A DNA stretch of 64,000 nt from an uncultured Thermoleophilia bacterium (GTDB lineage Bacteria; Actinomycetota; Thermoleophilia; UBA2241): positions 64,001 to 128,000 of the forward strand of contig CAVPCT010000001.1 in the NCBI GenBank assembly GCA_963702475.1, written 5' to 3'. Positions within the stretch are counted from its first letter, which is position 1, and every line of letters begins with the position of its first letter. The position numbers were made by a program, and so were the translations under genes. Under the pieces are notes generated by a model. It was not told where the DNA came from. It worked only from the letters and a program-made list of their open reading frames with translations, and ran no database searches. Shown piece after piece: positions 41,411 to 51,479 of this stretch.

Positions 41411-41461
41411 ATGAGTGAGCGCGGCATGATCGTCGTGGGGGCCGGCATCACTGGCCTCACG
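41411..41461 (+). pseudogene. 5' remnant of an FAD/NAD(P)-dependent oxidoreductase
   Basis: RBS plus MSERGMIVVGAGITGLT (GxGxxG Rossmann start), followed immediately by non-coding-like sequence. Confidence 0.55.
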
Positions 41462-41522
41462 CGGTCCCGGTCGCCGCGCGGCCCGGTGGCGGTGCCGCTC
41501 AGACGGTCGCGTCGGCGCTGTG

Positions 41523-42392
41523 TCAGGGGTACTGCACGGAGCGCTTGGAGAGGCCCAGGAAGTAGCCGTCCACCGGCGTGACCGGCGCCGCTCCGGGCTC
41601 GCCGGCCCCGACGGTCACGAACAGGGGCGCGAAGTGCTCGGCGCGCGGGTGGGCGTAGCGTGCCGATGGGACCGAGCAGAACGAGGCGAGCGCCTCGGCG
41701 TCACCGCTCGCGAGCGTCTCCGCCGCCCAGGCGTCGAACTCCGCCGACCACGCCGGCGGCGGTGCGTCGCTGCGCCAGTCGGCGAGGAACGGCAGGCCGT
41801 GCGTCAGGAAGCCGCTGCCCACGATCAGCACCTCCTCATCGCGGAGCGGCCGCAGATGGGCGCCGAGCGCCAGCAGCCGATGCGGCTCGAGCGAGGGCAA
41901 CGAGAGCTGAAGGACGGGTACGTCGGCGTCCGGATACATCACGAGGAGCGGTACGTACGCGCCGTGGTCCAGCCCCCGCACCGGGTCGGCGGCGACCGGC
42001 TCGGCCGCCTCGAGCACCTCCCGTACCCGGGCGGCCAGCCACGGCGCCCCCGGCGCCGCGTACGCCGCCCGGTAGTAGCGCGCCGGGAACCCGTAGAAGT
42101 CGTAGACGAGCGTGGCCTCACCGCTTGTGGCGCCGGCCGTGACGCCGGCGGTCTCCCAGTGCGCGGAGACCATCAGGACGGCCCGCGGCCGCGGCAGCGC
42201 GTCCGCCCAGGCCCTGAGCTGCGTGACCCACAGGGCGTCGTCCACGAGAGGCGGCGCTCCGTGGCCGAGGTAGACGGCCGGCATGCGGCCGGCGGCAAGG
42301 CCCTGCGCGGCGGTCGCCGCCACGTCCGTTGCGGCGCGCTCGAGCTCATCAGGGGCGGGCTGTCGGGACGGAGCCCACGGCGATGTGTCCAC
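41523..42392 (-). CDS. DODA/LigB-type extradiol dioxygenase
   Basis: YLGHGAP, VSAHWE, YDFYGFP, RGLDHG, GSGFLTHGL and HPRAEHFAPL motifs. Confidence 0.9.
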   Translation of the reverse strand: MDTSPWAPSRQPAPDELERAATDVAATAAQGLAAGRMPAVYLGHGAPPLVDDALWVTQLRAWADALPRPRAVLMVSAHWETAGVTAGATSGEATLVYDFYGFPARYYRAAYAAPGAPWLAARVREVLEAAEPVAADPVRGLDHGAYVPLLVMYPDADVPVLQLSLPSLEPHRLLALGAHLRPLRDEEVLIVGSGFLTHGLPFLADWRSDAPPPAWSAEFDAWAAETLASGDAEALASFCSVPSARYAHPRAEHFAPLFVTVGAGEPGAAPVTPVDGYFLGLSKRSVQYP

Positions 42393-42495
42393 GGCATCTC
42401 CTTCAGTGCCGGCCTCCGGAGGTCCCGGCGACTCAGACCCTGTGTTCCCCGGCCGCTCGGGCGGTGAACGGGCGCCCCCTGCTATCATCGCCGCC

Positions 42496-43851
42496 GTGGA
42501 CGCGCGCGCGGGAGTGGATGCCGGACGGGTCGCCGGATTGTGGCGGCGCGAGCTCGCGCGCTACGAGAGTGACCACCCGCGCTGTCTGGCCCTGCGCGAG
42601 CAGGCCCGGGGCAGCATGCCGCACGGCGTGCCCATGAGCTGGATGGTGAGCTATTTCGCGCACCCGCCGGTCTGGGTCACGGAGGGGCACGGCGCCCACT
42701 TCCACTGCGCCGACGGGCGCCGCTTCCTCGACACCAACGTCGGCGACAAGAGCACCTTCTGCGGCATCGACCCTGCGCCGGTCGTGCGCGCCGTGCAACG
42801 GCGCGTGGCCGCCGGCTCCCAGTTCATGCTGCCCACCGAGGACGCCCTCGCTGTGGCGGAGGAGCTGGCCCGGCGCTGGCGCCTGCCCGGCTGGCAGTTC
42901 ACGCTGTCGGCGTCGCAGGCCAGCACGGAGGCCCTGCGCCTGGCCCGACACGCCACGGGCCGGCGCAAGGTGCTCAGCTTCGTCGGCAACTACGGCGGAC
43001 ACGGCGACGAGCTTCTCGTGGCCTGGTCCAGCCGCCGCGACATGACGTACCTGGGGCTGCCTCCTGGGGCCGAGCGCGACGTGGACGTGGTGGAGTTCAA
43101 CGACCTCGAGGCGCTGGGAGACGCGCTCGGCTCGGAGCGGTACGCCTGCGTGTTCACCGAGCCGGCGCTGACCAACTGCGGGGTCGTGCTGCCCGAGCCC
43201 GGCTTCCACGAGGGCCTGCGGCGTCTCACTCGCGAGACGGGCACGCTGCTCATGCTCGACGAGACGCACACGCTCATCTGCGGGCCGGGCGGTCTGGCCG
43301 GTCGCTGGCGCCTCGAGCCCGATCTCGTGGTGGTCGGAAAGGGCATCGGCGGAGGGCTGCCGTTCGGCGCCTACGGCATGAGCGCCGCGCTCATGACGGC
43401 GTTCGAGCGCGGCGAGAGCCTCGCCGGTGACCGCGGCGAGCTGGCCACCGGCGGCACCCTGTTCGGCAACGCCCTCTCGATGGCCGCGGCTCGCGCCTCT
43501 CTGGAAGAGGTGCTGACGGCCGAGGCGTACGACCGGGCGGCCCGGCTCGGCGGCCTCCTGGCCGACGGCCTGGAGGCCGCCGTGGCTGCCGCGAGCCTGC
43601 CCTGGAAGGTGCAGCGCCTGTACCCGCGCTCGGGGCTCTCCCTGAGCGGCCGGTTCGCGCGCAACGCCTCCGAGGCGGATGCGGACGAGCAGCCCGAGCT
43701 CAACGCGCTCATCCGGCTCGGCCTCGCCTACCGCGGCGTGTGGGAGGCCATCAGTACGGCCGGCCCCGCCATGTCGGTGGCGGCGACGGAGGCCGACGTG
43801 GCCACCTACCTGGCCGCCTTCCAGGAGATCCTCTCTGCGCTGACCGGCTGA
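42496..43851 (+). CDS. class III aminotransferase (glutamate-1-semialdehyde aminomutase-like)
   Basis: PHGVPMSWM, TEPALTN, LDETHT, VVGKGIGGG and GGTLFGN motifs; leaderless TATCAT-N7-GTG. Confidence 0.88.
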   Translation: MDARAGVDAGRVAGLWRRELARYESDHPRCLALREQARGSMPHGVPMSWMVSYFAHPPVWVTEGHGAHFHCADGRRFLDTNVGDKSTFCGIDPAPVVRAVQRRVAAGSQFMLPTEDALAVAEELARRWRLPGWQFTLSASQASTEALRLARHATGRRKVLSFVGNYGGHGDELLVAWSSRRDMTYLGLPPGAERDVDVVEFNDLEALGDALGSERYACVFTEPALTNCGVVLPEPGFHEGLRRLTRETGTLLMLDETHTLICGPGGLAGRWRLEPDLVVVGKGIGGGLPFGAYGMSAALMTAFERGESLAGDRGELATGGTLFGNALSMAAARASLEEVLTAEAYDRAARLGGLLADGLEAAVAAASLPWKVQRLYPRSGLSLSGRFARNASEADADEQPELNALIRLGLAYRGVWEAISTAGPAMSVAATEADVATYLAAFQEILSALTG

Positions 43852-44005
43852 AGCCGGACTGCCGGCGTGCCGCTTGTTCCACCACGCGGAGGCATGTGGC
43901 CTCGGGCCGCGAACATTTGGGCGGCACCCGGAGAGGCGCCTGCGACGACACGGCCTGTCTGTTCCGGACATGCCGGCGTCTGCGCGGACGCATGGAGATG
44001 AGGGC

Positions 44006-44404
44006 ATGGGATCCAGCATTCTCGTCGCCGAAGACGATGAGGACCTGCGCAGCCTGTTGCAGCACGCGCTCGAATCGGACGGACATACCGTGGTGACGGC
44101 CGCGAACGGGAGGGATGCGCTCGAGATCTACCGGCTCGCCGCGCCGGACCTGCTGGTGCTCGACGTGATGATGCCGCGCCTGAGCGGCTTTGAGGTGCTG
44201 CGGGAACTGCGCGAGTCCGGCCAGCTGCGCGCGGAGTCGCCGGTGCTCGTGCTGACGGCGAGGTCGTCCGAGGGCGACGTGCTCGCCGGGTTCGATCTGG
44301 GAGCGGCCGACTACATGACCAAGCCGTTCATCCTCAGCGAGCTCCGTGCCCGCGTGAAGCTCCTGCTGGCGCGCGCCTCGAGCGGTAGCGCGCCGCTCGG
44401 CTGA
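44006..44404 (+). CDS. single-domain response regulator
   Basis: ILVAEDD, LDVMMP, LTA and KPF motifs; no output domain. Confidence 0.88.
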   Translation: MGSSILVAEDDEDLRSLLQHALESDGHTVVTAANGRDALEIYRLAAPDLLVLDVMMPRLSGFEVLRELRESGQLRAESPVLVLTARSSEGDVLAGFDLGAADYMTKPFILSELRARVKLLLARASSGSAPLG

Positions 44405-44474
44405 GACTGCCGGCGAGGCTCGAGCGAGGCCTGGCGCGCCCGGCCGAGACGCCCACGCCGTACGGCCGGGAGGG

Positions 44475-45902
44475 TCAGTCCGCGCCCATCTTCGTGCCGC
44501 TGTCCGCTACGTGGAAGCCGGTGCGCCGCATCTCGCCCCAGCCACCCTTCTTGCGCAGGAAGTCGACCGAGGCCTGCACGCGCCAGAACGCCTGGAGCTG
44601 CCGGTACCCCAGGTTCTCGACGATCGCCGCAGCCAGAAGGGCGAGAATGTCGCGGCGCCGTGACGGGTCGGCCGCCTGCAGGTCGTCCAGCAGGAGCGAG
44701 GCCACCGAGAGCAGCATGCCGTACCCGACGGCGAGCAGGAAGAAGAGGGCGAAGTACCACCCGTTCACGCCTCCCGTCGCCACGGCGACCACGAGCGCCA
44801 CGTAGCCGGAGACCTCGATCAAGGGGCCGGCGACCTCGATGAGGAGGTTGTACGGCAGACCGAGCATCCCGATCGGGCCGCATCTGGGCCTGAAGAGCAT
44901 ACCGCGGTTGTACGCGAGGCACTCCAGCAGTCCGCGATGCCAGCGGTTCCGCTGGCGTCGCAGGACGCGGAGGCTCTCAGGGACCTCCGTCCACACCACA
45001 GGGTCGGGGATGAAGACGATACGGTAGCGCTCCCCTCGCTCGCGGGCCTGGCGGTGCAGCCGGAGGACGAGGTCCATGTCTTCGCCGACGGTGTCGGTAC
45101 GGTAGCCGCCCGCGTCGAGGACCGCCTGCTTCTTGAACACGCCGAACGCGCCGGAGATCACGAAGAGCGAGTGCAGCCGGCTCCAGGCGGTGCGTGTGCC
45201 GAGAAAGGCGCGGAGGTACTCCACGACCTGCAGCCGCGCCAGACGGTTGGACGGCAGGTGCACGCGGACCACGCGGCCATCCAGGATCTCGCACCCGTTG
45301 GCCACGCGCACGATGCCGCTCGAGGCGAGTGTCTCGCGCGGGCGCTCCATGAACGGCTTCACCACGCGCAGCAGGGCGTCGCGTGCCAGCAGGGCGTCCG
45401 CGTCAATGGCGCAGAACAGCGGGTACCTGGCCGCGTTGAGCCCGGCGTTGAGTGCGTCGGCCTTGCCGCCGTTCGCTTTGGACAGCACGGTGAGGTTGGG
45501 CGCCTGCCTGGACACGTAGATGCCTCGTACCTGGTTGCACGGGACGGTGAGTCGCAGCGGCCGCTCGATCTGCTCCAGGGCGAACGCGTCCCGGAGCCGC
45601 TGCAGCGTGCCGTCGGTCGAGCCGTCGTCGATGACCACGATCTCGTACTCCCCGTACTCGAGCAGCCGCAGCGAGTTGACCGCCTCGACGATGGTCTCCT
45701 CTTCGTTGTACGCGGGCATGAGGACGCTGATGGGCAGCGTGAGAGGTGAGCGCAGGATGGCGTCGTACCCACCGAACGAGAGCCGGCGGGTGTGCCTGCC
45801 GGCCTCGGGGAAGGCGATCACAAGCAGCACCGTGTACACGGTGTTGACCAAGAGGAAGAAGGCCAGCACGGCGTAGTTGAAGACGAGCAGTGCGTGGCTC
45901 AC
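44475..45902 (-). CDS. processive GT2 glycosyltransferase (PgaC/IcaA-like)
   Basis: PAYNEE, DDGSTD, GKADALN, IDAD, TVGED and QRNRW motifs; TM helices; GTG at 45902 overlaps the HEAT gene stop. Confidence 0.9.
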   Translation of the reverse strand: MSHALLVFNYAVLAFFLLVNTVYTVLLVIAFPEAGRHTRRLSFGGYDAILRSPLTLPISVLMPAYNEEETIVEAVNSLRLLEYGEYEIVVIDDGSTDGTLQRLRDAFALEQIERPLRLTVPCNQVRGIYVSRQAPNLTVLSKANGGKADALNAGLNAARYPLFCAIDADALLARDALLRVVKPFMERPRETLASSGIVRVANGCEILDGRVVRVHLPSNRLARLQVVEYLRAFLGTRTAWSRLHSLFVISGAFGVFKKQAVLDAGGYRTDTVGEDMDLVLRLHRQARERGERYRIVFIPDPVVWTEVPESLRVLRRQRNRWHRGLLECLAYNRGMLFRPRCGPIGMLGLPYNLLIEVAGPLIEVSGYVALVVAVATGGVNGWYFALFFLLAVGYGMLLSVASLLLDDLQAADPSRRRDILALLAAAIVENLGYRQLQAFWRVQASVDFLRKKGGWGEMRRTGFHVADSGTKMGAD

Positions 45903-46942
45903 GGCGTCACCGACTGCAGCGACCAGGTGGTCAGGACGGCGGCGGCGCGCTCGCTCACGTAGCGGTCGGGGTGATCGCGGAGCTTCTCGAGCTGGCGGCG
46001 GCCGTCCGCGCCCAGCCGGGCCAGCGCCTCCGCGCAGTTGAGGCGTACCCACCAGTTGACGTCCGGCATGGCTTCCGCGAGCAGGGGCGCCACCTCGGGG
46101 CGCCCGAGGCGCCCCAGGGCCTTGGCGGCCTGGGCGCGCACCTGCCAGGCGTCGTCCGCGAGGGCGTGTTCCAGCGCCCGTTCGGCCTTGGGGCCGCCGA
46201 GCTTGCCGAGGGCGGCGGCGGCCTGGGCGCGCAGGTCAAGGTCGTTGTCGCCGCTGACCACCGCCACCAGCGGGTCGATGGCGAGCGGATCACGGATCTC
46301 GCCGAGGATCTGCACCACGGCCACGCGCACGTTGTGGTCAGGCGCTCCGAGCAGGAAGATGAGCGGCGGCACGGCCCTGGGCCCCATGCGCATCAGGTTC
46401 TCGGCGATGAGAGAGACGGTCCAGCGCGACGGATCCGCCAGGGCGCCGGCCAGAGCCGGCACGGCGGCCGGATCGCCGATCATCGCCAGCGAGCGCGCGG
46501 CGACTGTACGCACGTCCTCGCTCTCGTCCTTGAGGGCGGCGATCAGCGCGGGCACCGCGCTTCGCACTGCGAGCCGGCCCAGCAGGTCCGCGGCCCGGGC
46601 GCGGCGCCACTCGTCCCTTCCCCTCAGATCGTCGAGCATCCGCGCGGCCAGCCCGGTGGTCTCGACGCAGCGCGTGATACGCCGGGCCTCGGCGCCGCGC
46701 ATCGACGCGGCGTAGCGCACGGCGAGGTCGAGCAACGCGGCCTTGCTGCGCTCGTCGAGCCTGCGCATCTGCGTTCCGTTGAGGATCCATGCCTCGAACG
46801 GCCCACGCAGTGATTCCACGAGCGCCGCGTGCGCGCGTGCGCGTCGCACGACGAGCGCGCGCCGCGCGAGCATGCCGATCAGCAGGGCCGCCGTCACTCC
46901 GTACAGCGTCAGCGCGGCCAGCGTGAGGAGGTGCAGATCCAC
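45899..46942 (-). CDS. membrane-anchored HEAT-repeat protein
   Basis: N-terminal TM; repeated D..WxVR..AA.ALG.L units. Confidence 0.88.
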   Translation of the reverse strand: MDLHLLTLAALTLYGVTAALLIGMLARRALVVRRARAHAALVESLRGPFEAWILNGTQMRRLDERSKAALLDLAVRYAASMRGAEARRITRCVETTGLAARMLDDLRGRDEWRRARAADLLGRLAVRSAVPALIAALKDESEDVRTVAARSLAMIGDPAAVPALAGALADPSRWTVSLIAENLMRMGPRAVPPLIFLLGAPDHNVRVAVVQILGEIRDPLAIDPLVAVVSGDNDLDLRAQAAAALGKLGGPKAERALEHALADDAWQVRAQAAKALGRLGRPEVAPLLAEAMPDVNWWVRLNCAEALARLGADGRRQLEKLRDHPDRYVSERAAAVLTTWSLQSVTP

Positions 46943-47050
46943 CGCGTCACGGGATTCGGCGCGCCCGAGAGAAAGCCTTGCGCCGAAAGGTTCGTTGTCT
47001 GCTAATCGTTAGCCTGCTACCATTCTCCGACGACCCGCCTGAGGAGCTCG

Positions 47051-47638
47051 GTGATCCCACCCGTACGACACCTCGAGGCAGACGGCCCTGTCGGCGCCGA
47101 CGAGACGTCTGCCGACGCCTTTCGCGCGTTCCATCGCGCGTTGCGGCTGCATCGCCGCGCGCTGATGCAGGCGTTCGCGGCGCGCGGCATCCACCACGGG
47201 CAGGCCATGTGCCTGCGGCTGCTCGCCGGCGGCGGCGAGATCACCCAGCGTGACCTCGCCGGCGAGTTGCACGTGTCCTCGCCGACGGTGACGAAGATGG
47301 TCACGTCCATGGAGCGCACCGGCCTCGTGCGGCGGTACCCGGACCAGGCCGACGCGCGGCTCGTGCGCGTCGAGCTCACCGACGCGGGCCGCGCCCAGGA
47401 AGAGGAGATGCGGGTCGCCGCCGGCGAGTACGTCGAGCGGACCTTCGCGGCGCTCGCCGTGGGCGAGCGCCGCGAGCTCGCCCGCCTGTTGGACAAGCTG
47501 GCCGATCGCATCGCCGAGGTCGCCCCGGTGAAGGACGCCGCGGACCTCGACGCCTGCCCCGCGGGTGCGGCGCACCCGCGTGTGCCGGCCGCCGACGCCG
47601 GTGTGGGGCACAGCTCCGGCCCGGAGGACGGTCGGTGA
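47051..47638 (+). CDS. MarR family transcriptional regulator
   Basis: TQRDLA...SPTVTKMV..ME..GLV.R.PD..DAR winged HTH; GTGA overlap with the ABC gene. Confidence 0.9.
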   Translation: MIPPVRHLEADGPVGADETSADAFRAFHRALRLHRRALMQAFAARGIHHGQAMCLRLLAGGGEITQRDLAGELHVSSPTVTKMVTSMERTGLVRRYPDQADARLVRVELTDAGRAQEEEMRVAAGEYVERTFAALAVGERRELARLLDKLADRIAEVAPVKDAADLDACPAGAAHPRVPAADAGVGHSSGPEDGR

Positions 47639-49365
47639 TCGCCCTGTTGCGCTCGGGTCTGCGCCCGTACTGGAGGCAGATCGTCGTCGTGCTGGCGCTG
47701 CTGCTCGTGCAGGCCCTCGCCAACCTGTATCTGCCCACGCTCAACGCCGACATCATCAACGAGGGAGTGGTCAAGGGCGACACCGCCTACATCCTGCGTA
47801 TCGGCGGCCTCATGCTCCTCGTGACTCTGGCCTACGTGGTCGCCTCCATCATCGCCGTGTACTGGGGCTCCAAGGTGTCGATGGGCTTCGGACGCGACGT
47901 GCGCGGAGCCTTGTTCCGCCGCGTGCAGAGCTTCTCCCAGGCCGAGGTGAACCGCTTCGGTACCCCGTCTCTCATCACGCGCACGACCAACGACGTGCAA
48001 CAGGTGCAGATGGTCGTGCTCATGATGCTCAACGTGGTCATCTCCGCGCCGATGATGGCCATCGGCGGCATCATCATGGCGCTGCGGCTGAACGTGCCGC
48101 TCAGCGCCGTCATCCTCGTCGCCATCCCCGTCATGGGCGTCTTCATCGGCCTCGTCATGACGCGGGCCATCCCGCTGTTCACGTCCATGCAGAAGAAGAT
48201 CGACCGCATCAACCAGCTCACGCGCGAGGTCCTGAGCGGCGTGCGCGTCATCCGCGCCTTCGACCGTGTGCGTTACGAGGAGCAGCGCTTCGACGTGGCG
48301 AACGCCGACCTCACCGACACCGGGCTCAGGGTGGGCCGGCTGTTCGCCCTCATGATGCCGATGCTCATGGTGATCCTGAACCTCGCCACCGTGGCCATCA
48401 TGTGGTTCGGCGGGCAGTTGGTCGCCGACGGCAGCATGCCCATCGGCGACCTCACCGCCTTTCTCACCTACATCATCCAGATCCTCATCGCGGTGCTCAT
48501 GGCCACCTTCATGTTCGTGATGGTGCCGCGTGCCGCGGTGTCGGCGAAGCGCATCCAGGAGGTGCTGGACACGCAGCCCAGCATCGTCGACCCGCCGGAG
48601 CCGGCCGCCGCCGCCGAGGCGGCCGGCCTGGTCGAGTTCCGTGACGTCGAGTTCCGCTACCCCGGTGCCGAGGAGCCGGTGCTCAGCGGCATCAGCTTCA
48701 CGGCTCGGCCGGGCGAGACCACCGCCATCGTCGGCGGCACCGGTAGCGGCAAGACCACGCTCATCAGCCTCATCCCGCGCTTCTACGACGTCACCGCAGG
48801 CTCGGTGCTTGTCGACGGTGTGGACGTGCGCGACATGACGCAGCAGGACGTGTGGAGCCGCATCGGCCTGGTGCCGCAGAAATCGTTCCTCTTCAGCGGC
48901 ACGGTGGCCGAGAACCTGCGCCACGGAGACGACCAAGCCGCGGATGAGCGCCTCTGGCACTTCCTCGAGGTCGCCCAGGGGCGCGAGTTCGTGGAGGAGA
49001 TGCCCGAACGCCTGGACGAACACATCGCCCAGGGTGGCGCCAACGTGTCGGGCGGCCAGCGGCAGCGCCTCGCCATCGCCCGGGCGCTGGCCAAGCAGGC
49101 GCCTATCCAGGTCTACGACGACAGCTTCTCGGCGCTCGACTTCACCACCGACGCGAAGCTCCGCGCCGCGCTGCGCAAACATACGGGCGAGGCGACGGTG
49201 ATCATCGTCGCGCAGCGGGTCGGCACCATCATGCACGCCGACCAGATCGTCGTGCTCGAGGACGGCACCGTCGCCGGCATCGGCACCCACGACGAGCTGC
49301 TGCAGAGCAGCGAGACGTACCGCGAGATCGTCGCCTCGCAGCTCGGCGAGGAGAGCGTGGCATGA
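47635..49365 (+). CDS. heterodimeric ABC exporter, degenerate-site subunit (TM287-like)
   Basis: TM domain, GGTGSGKT, SGGQRQR, Walker B YDDS and VAQR. Confidence 0.92.
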   Translation: MIALLRSGLRPYWRQIVVVLALLLVQALANLYLPTLNADIINEGVVKGDTAYILRIGGLMLLVTLAYVVASIIAVYWGSKVSMGFGRDVRGALFRRVQSFSQAEVNRFGTPSLITRTTNDVQQVQMVVLMMLNVVISAPMMAIGGIIMALRLNVPLSAVILVAIPVMGVFIGLVMTRAIPLFTSMQKKIDRINQLTREVLSGVRVIRAFDRVRYEEQRFDVANADLTDTGLRVGRLFALMMPMLMVILNLATVAIMWFGGQLVADGSMPIGDLTAFLTYIIQILIAVLMATFMFVMVPRAAVSAKRIQEVLDTQPSIVDPPEPAAAAEAAGLVEFRDVEFRYPGAEEPVLSGISFTARPGETTAIVGGTGSGKTTLISLIPRFYDVTAGSVLVDGVDVRDMTQQDVWSRIGLVPQKSFLFSGTVAENLRHGDDQAADERLWHFLEVAQGREFVEEMPERLDEHIAQGGANVSGGQRQRLAIARALAKQAPIQVYDDSFSALDFTTDAKLRAALRKHTGEATVIIVAQRVGTIMHADQIVVLEDGTVAGIGTHDELLQSSETYREIVASQLGEESVA

Positions 49366-51353
49366 GTGCGCGGCCGCAAGGCTCCGGCGGCCCGGCAGGG
49401 CCGCGTCGCGGCCCGGGCGGGCCGCCCGGCGGCGGCCCCGGCGGCGGTCCACACGGGTTGTCCATACCCGTGAGCAAGGCCGAGGACTTCAAGGGCACCA
49501 TGCGCCGGCTCGGCGGCTTGATGCGGCGCGAGCGCCTCCTGCTCGCCCTCGTCGTCGCGCTGGCGGTGGTCAGCGTGGCGTTCGGCGTCGTCGGGCCGAA
49601 GATCCTCGGCAACGCCACCAACATCCTGTTCGAGGGCATCGTCAGCAAGCAGATCCCCGCCGGCGTGACGCAGGCCCAGGCCGTCGCCGGCCTGCGCGCG
49701 GATGGCCAGGACAGCCTCGCCGACATGCTTTCGGCGATGACCCTGAACCCCGGGCAGGGAGTCGATCTCTCCGCGTTCGGGCGCGCACTCCTGCTGCTCG
49801 TGCTCGTGTACCTGCTGAGCGCCGTGTTCGCCTGGCTGCAGGGCTACATCGTCGCGGGCGTCACGCAGCGCACCATGTACAAGCTGCGGCGCGACGTGGA
49901 CGAGAAGCTCGCGCGCCTGCCGCTCAAGTACTTCGACGACCACCCCCGTGGCGACGTGCTCAGCCGCGTGACCAACGACATCGACAACATCTCGCAGTCG
50001 TTGCAGCAGACCATGACGCAGCTCATCACTGCCGCGCTCACCATCGTCGGCGTGCTCATCATGATGTTCACCATCAGCTGGCTGCTCGCGCTCATCTCGG
50101 TGCTGGTGGTGCCGCTCTCAGTGGTCATCACCGTGCTCATCGCCAAGCGCTCGCAGAAGCAGTTCGCCCTGCAGTGGGAGAAGACAGGCGACCTCAACGG
50201 CCACGTGGAGGAGATGTTCACCGGCCACAACGTGGTCAAGGTGTTCGGCCGCCAGCAGGCCGCCATCGAGACGTTCGACCAGCAGAACGACGAGCTCTAC
50301 CAGGCGAGCTTCAAGGCCCAGTTCATCTCGGGGATCATCATGCCGGTCATGAACTTCGTCACCAACCTCAACTACGTGGCGGTCGCCGTGGTCGGCGGCC
50401 TCATGGTCGCCACCGGCCGCATCTCTCTCGGCGACGTGCAGGCTTTCATCCAGTACTCGCGCCAGTTCACGATGCCCATCGGGCAGGTGGCCGGCATCAT
50501 GAACGTGTTGCAGAGCACGGCCGCCTCGGCCGAGCGCGTCTTCGAGCTCCTCGACGAGGCCGAGGAATCCCCGGACGCGCAGGAGTGCGTGATGCTGGAG
50601 CACGCGCGCGGCCACATCGAGCTGCAGGACGTCTCGTTCCGGTACGTGCCGGACACCCCCCTGATCGAAGACCTCACGCTCAACGTGCGGCAGGGCGAGA
50701 CGGTGGCCATCGTCGGCCCCACCGGCGCCGGCAAGACCACACTCGTCAACCTGCTGCTGCGCTTCTACGAGATCGCCGCCGGGCGCATCCTCGTCGACGG
50801 CACGGACACGCGCTGCATGACGCGCAGCGACCTGCGGCGGCTGTTCGGCATGGTGCTCCAGGACACCTGGCTGTTCAGCGGCACCATCCGCGACAACATC
50901 GCTTACGGGCGCGAGGGGGCGAGCGAGGACGACGTCCGCGCCGCCGCGCGCGCCGCCCGCGTCGACCACTTCGTGCGCGCCCTGCCCGACGGCTACGACA
51001 CGCTGCTGGACGACGACGCCACCAACGTGTCGCAGGGGGAGAAGCAGCTGCTCACCATCGCCCGAGCCTTCCTGGCCGACCCCGATATCCTCATCCTTGA
51101 CGAGGCAACGAGCTCGGTGGACACGCGGACCGAGGTGCTCATCCAGCAGGCCATGAGCGAGCTCATGAAGGACAGGACGAGCTTCGTCATCGCCCACCGC
51201 CTGAGCACCATCCGCGGGGCCGACACGATCCTGGTGATGGACAAGGGCCGCATCATCGAGCAGGGCACGCACGCCGAGCTCATGGCCGCCGACGGCTTCT
51301 ACCATGACCTCTACGCAAGCCAGTTCGAGGAGGCGCTCGAGGAGGCGTCGTGA
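49362..51353 (+). CDS. heterodimeric ABC exporter, consensus-site subunit (TM288-like)
   Basis: GPTGAGKT, SQGEKQ, LDEATS and IAHR motifs. Confidence 0.92.
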   Translation: MSARPQGSGGPAGPRRGPGGPPGGGPGGGPHGLSIPVSKAEDFKGTMRRLGGLMRRERLLLALVVALAVVSVAFGVVGPKILGNATNILFEGIVSKQIPAGVTQAQAVAGLRADGQDSLADMLSAMTLNPGQGVDLSAFGRALLLLVLVYLLSAVFAWLQGYIVAGVTQRTMYKLRRDVDEKLARLPLKYFDDHPRGDVLSRVTNDIDNISQSLQQTMTQLITAALTIVGVLIMMFTISWLLALISVLVVPLSVVITVLIAKRSQKQFALQWEKTGDLNGHVEEMFTGHNVVKVFGRQQAAIETFDQQNDELYQASFKAQFISGIIMPVMNFVTNLNYVAVAVVGGLMVATGRISLGDVQAFIQYSRQFTMPIGQVAGIMNVLQSTAASAERVFELLDEAEESPDAQECVMLEHARGHIELQDVSFRYVPDTPLIEDLTLNVRQGETVAIVGPTGAGKTTLVNLLLRFYEIAAGRILVDGTDTRCMTRSDLRRLFGMVLQDTWLFSGTIRDNIAYGREGASEDDVRAAARAARVDHFVRALPDGYDTLLDDDATNVSQGEKQLLTIARAFLADPDILILDEATSSVDTRTEVLIQQAMSELMKDRTSFVIAHRLSTIRGADTILVMDKGRIIEQGTHAELMAADGFYHDLYASQFEEALEEAS

Positions 51354-51479
51354 ACACCGCGTGACCCGGCGCGCTTTGAGCGTGCGGTAGTTTCGGGGGC
51401 GGGTCTTCACGGGCAGGTGGACGGCCCATGGACATGGAGCGCGCCCGGCTGAGCCGCTCCGCGCAGTATCATCGGCGCC

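Noticed and set aside
47635-49365. inactivated ABC ATPase (Walker B DD, switch Gln)
   Set aside because: This is the normal degenerate site of heterodimeric ABC exporters; the partner gene has the consensus site.
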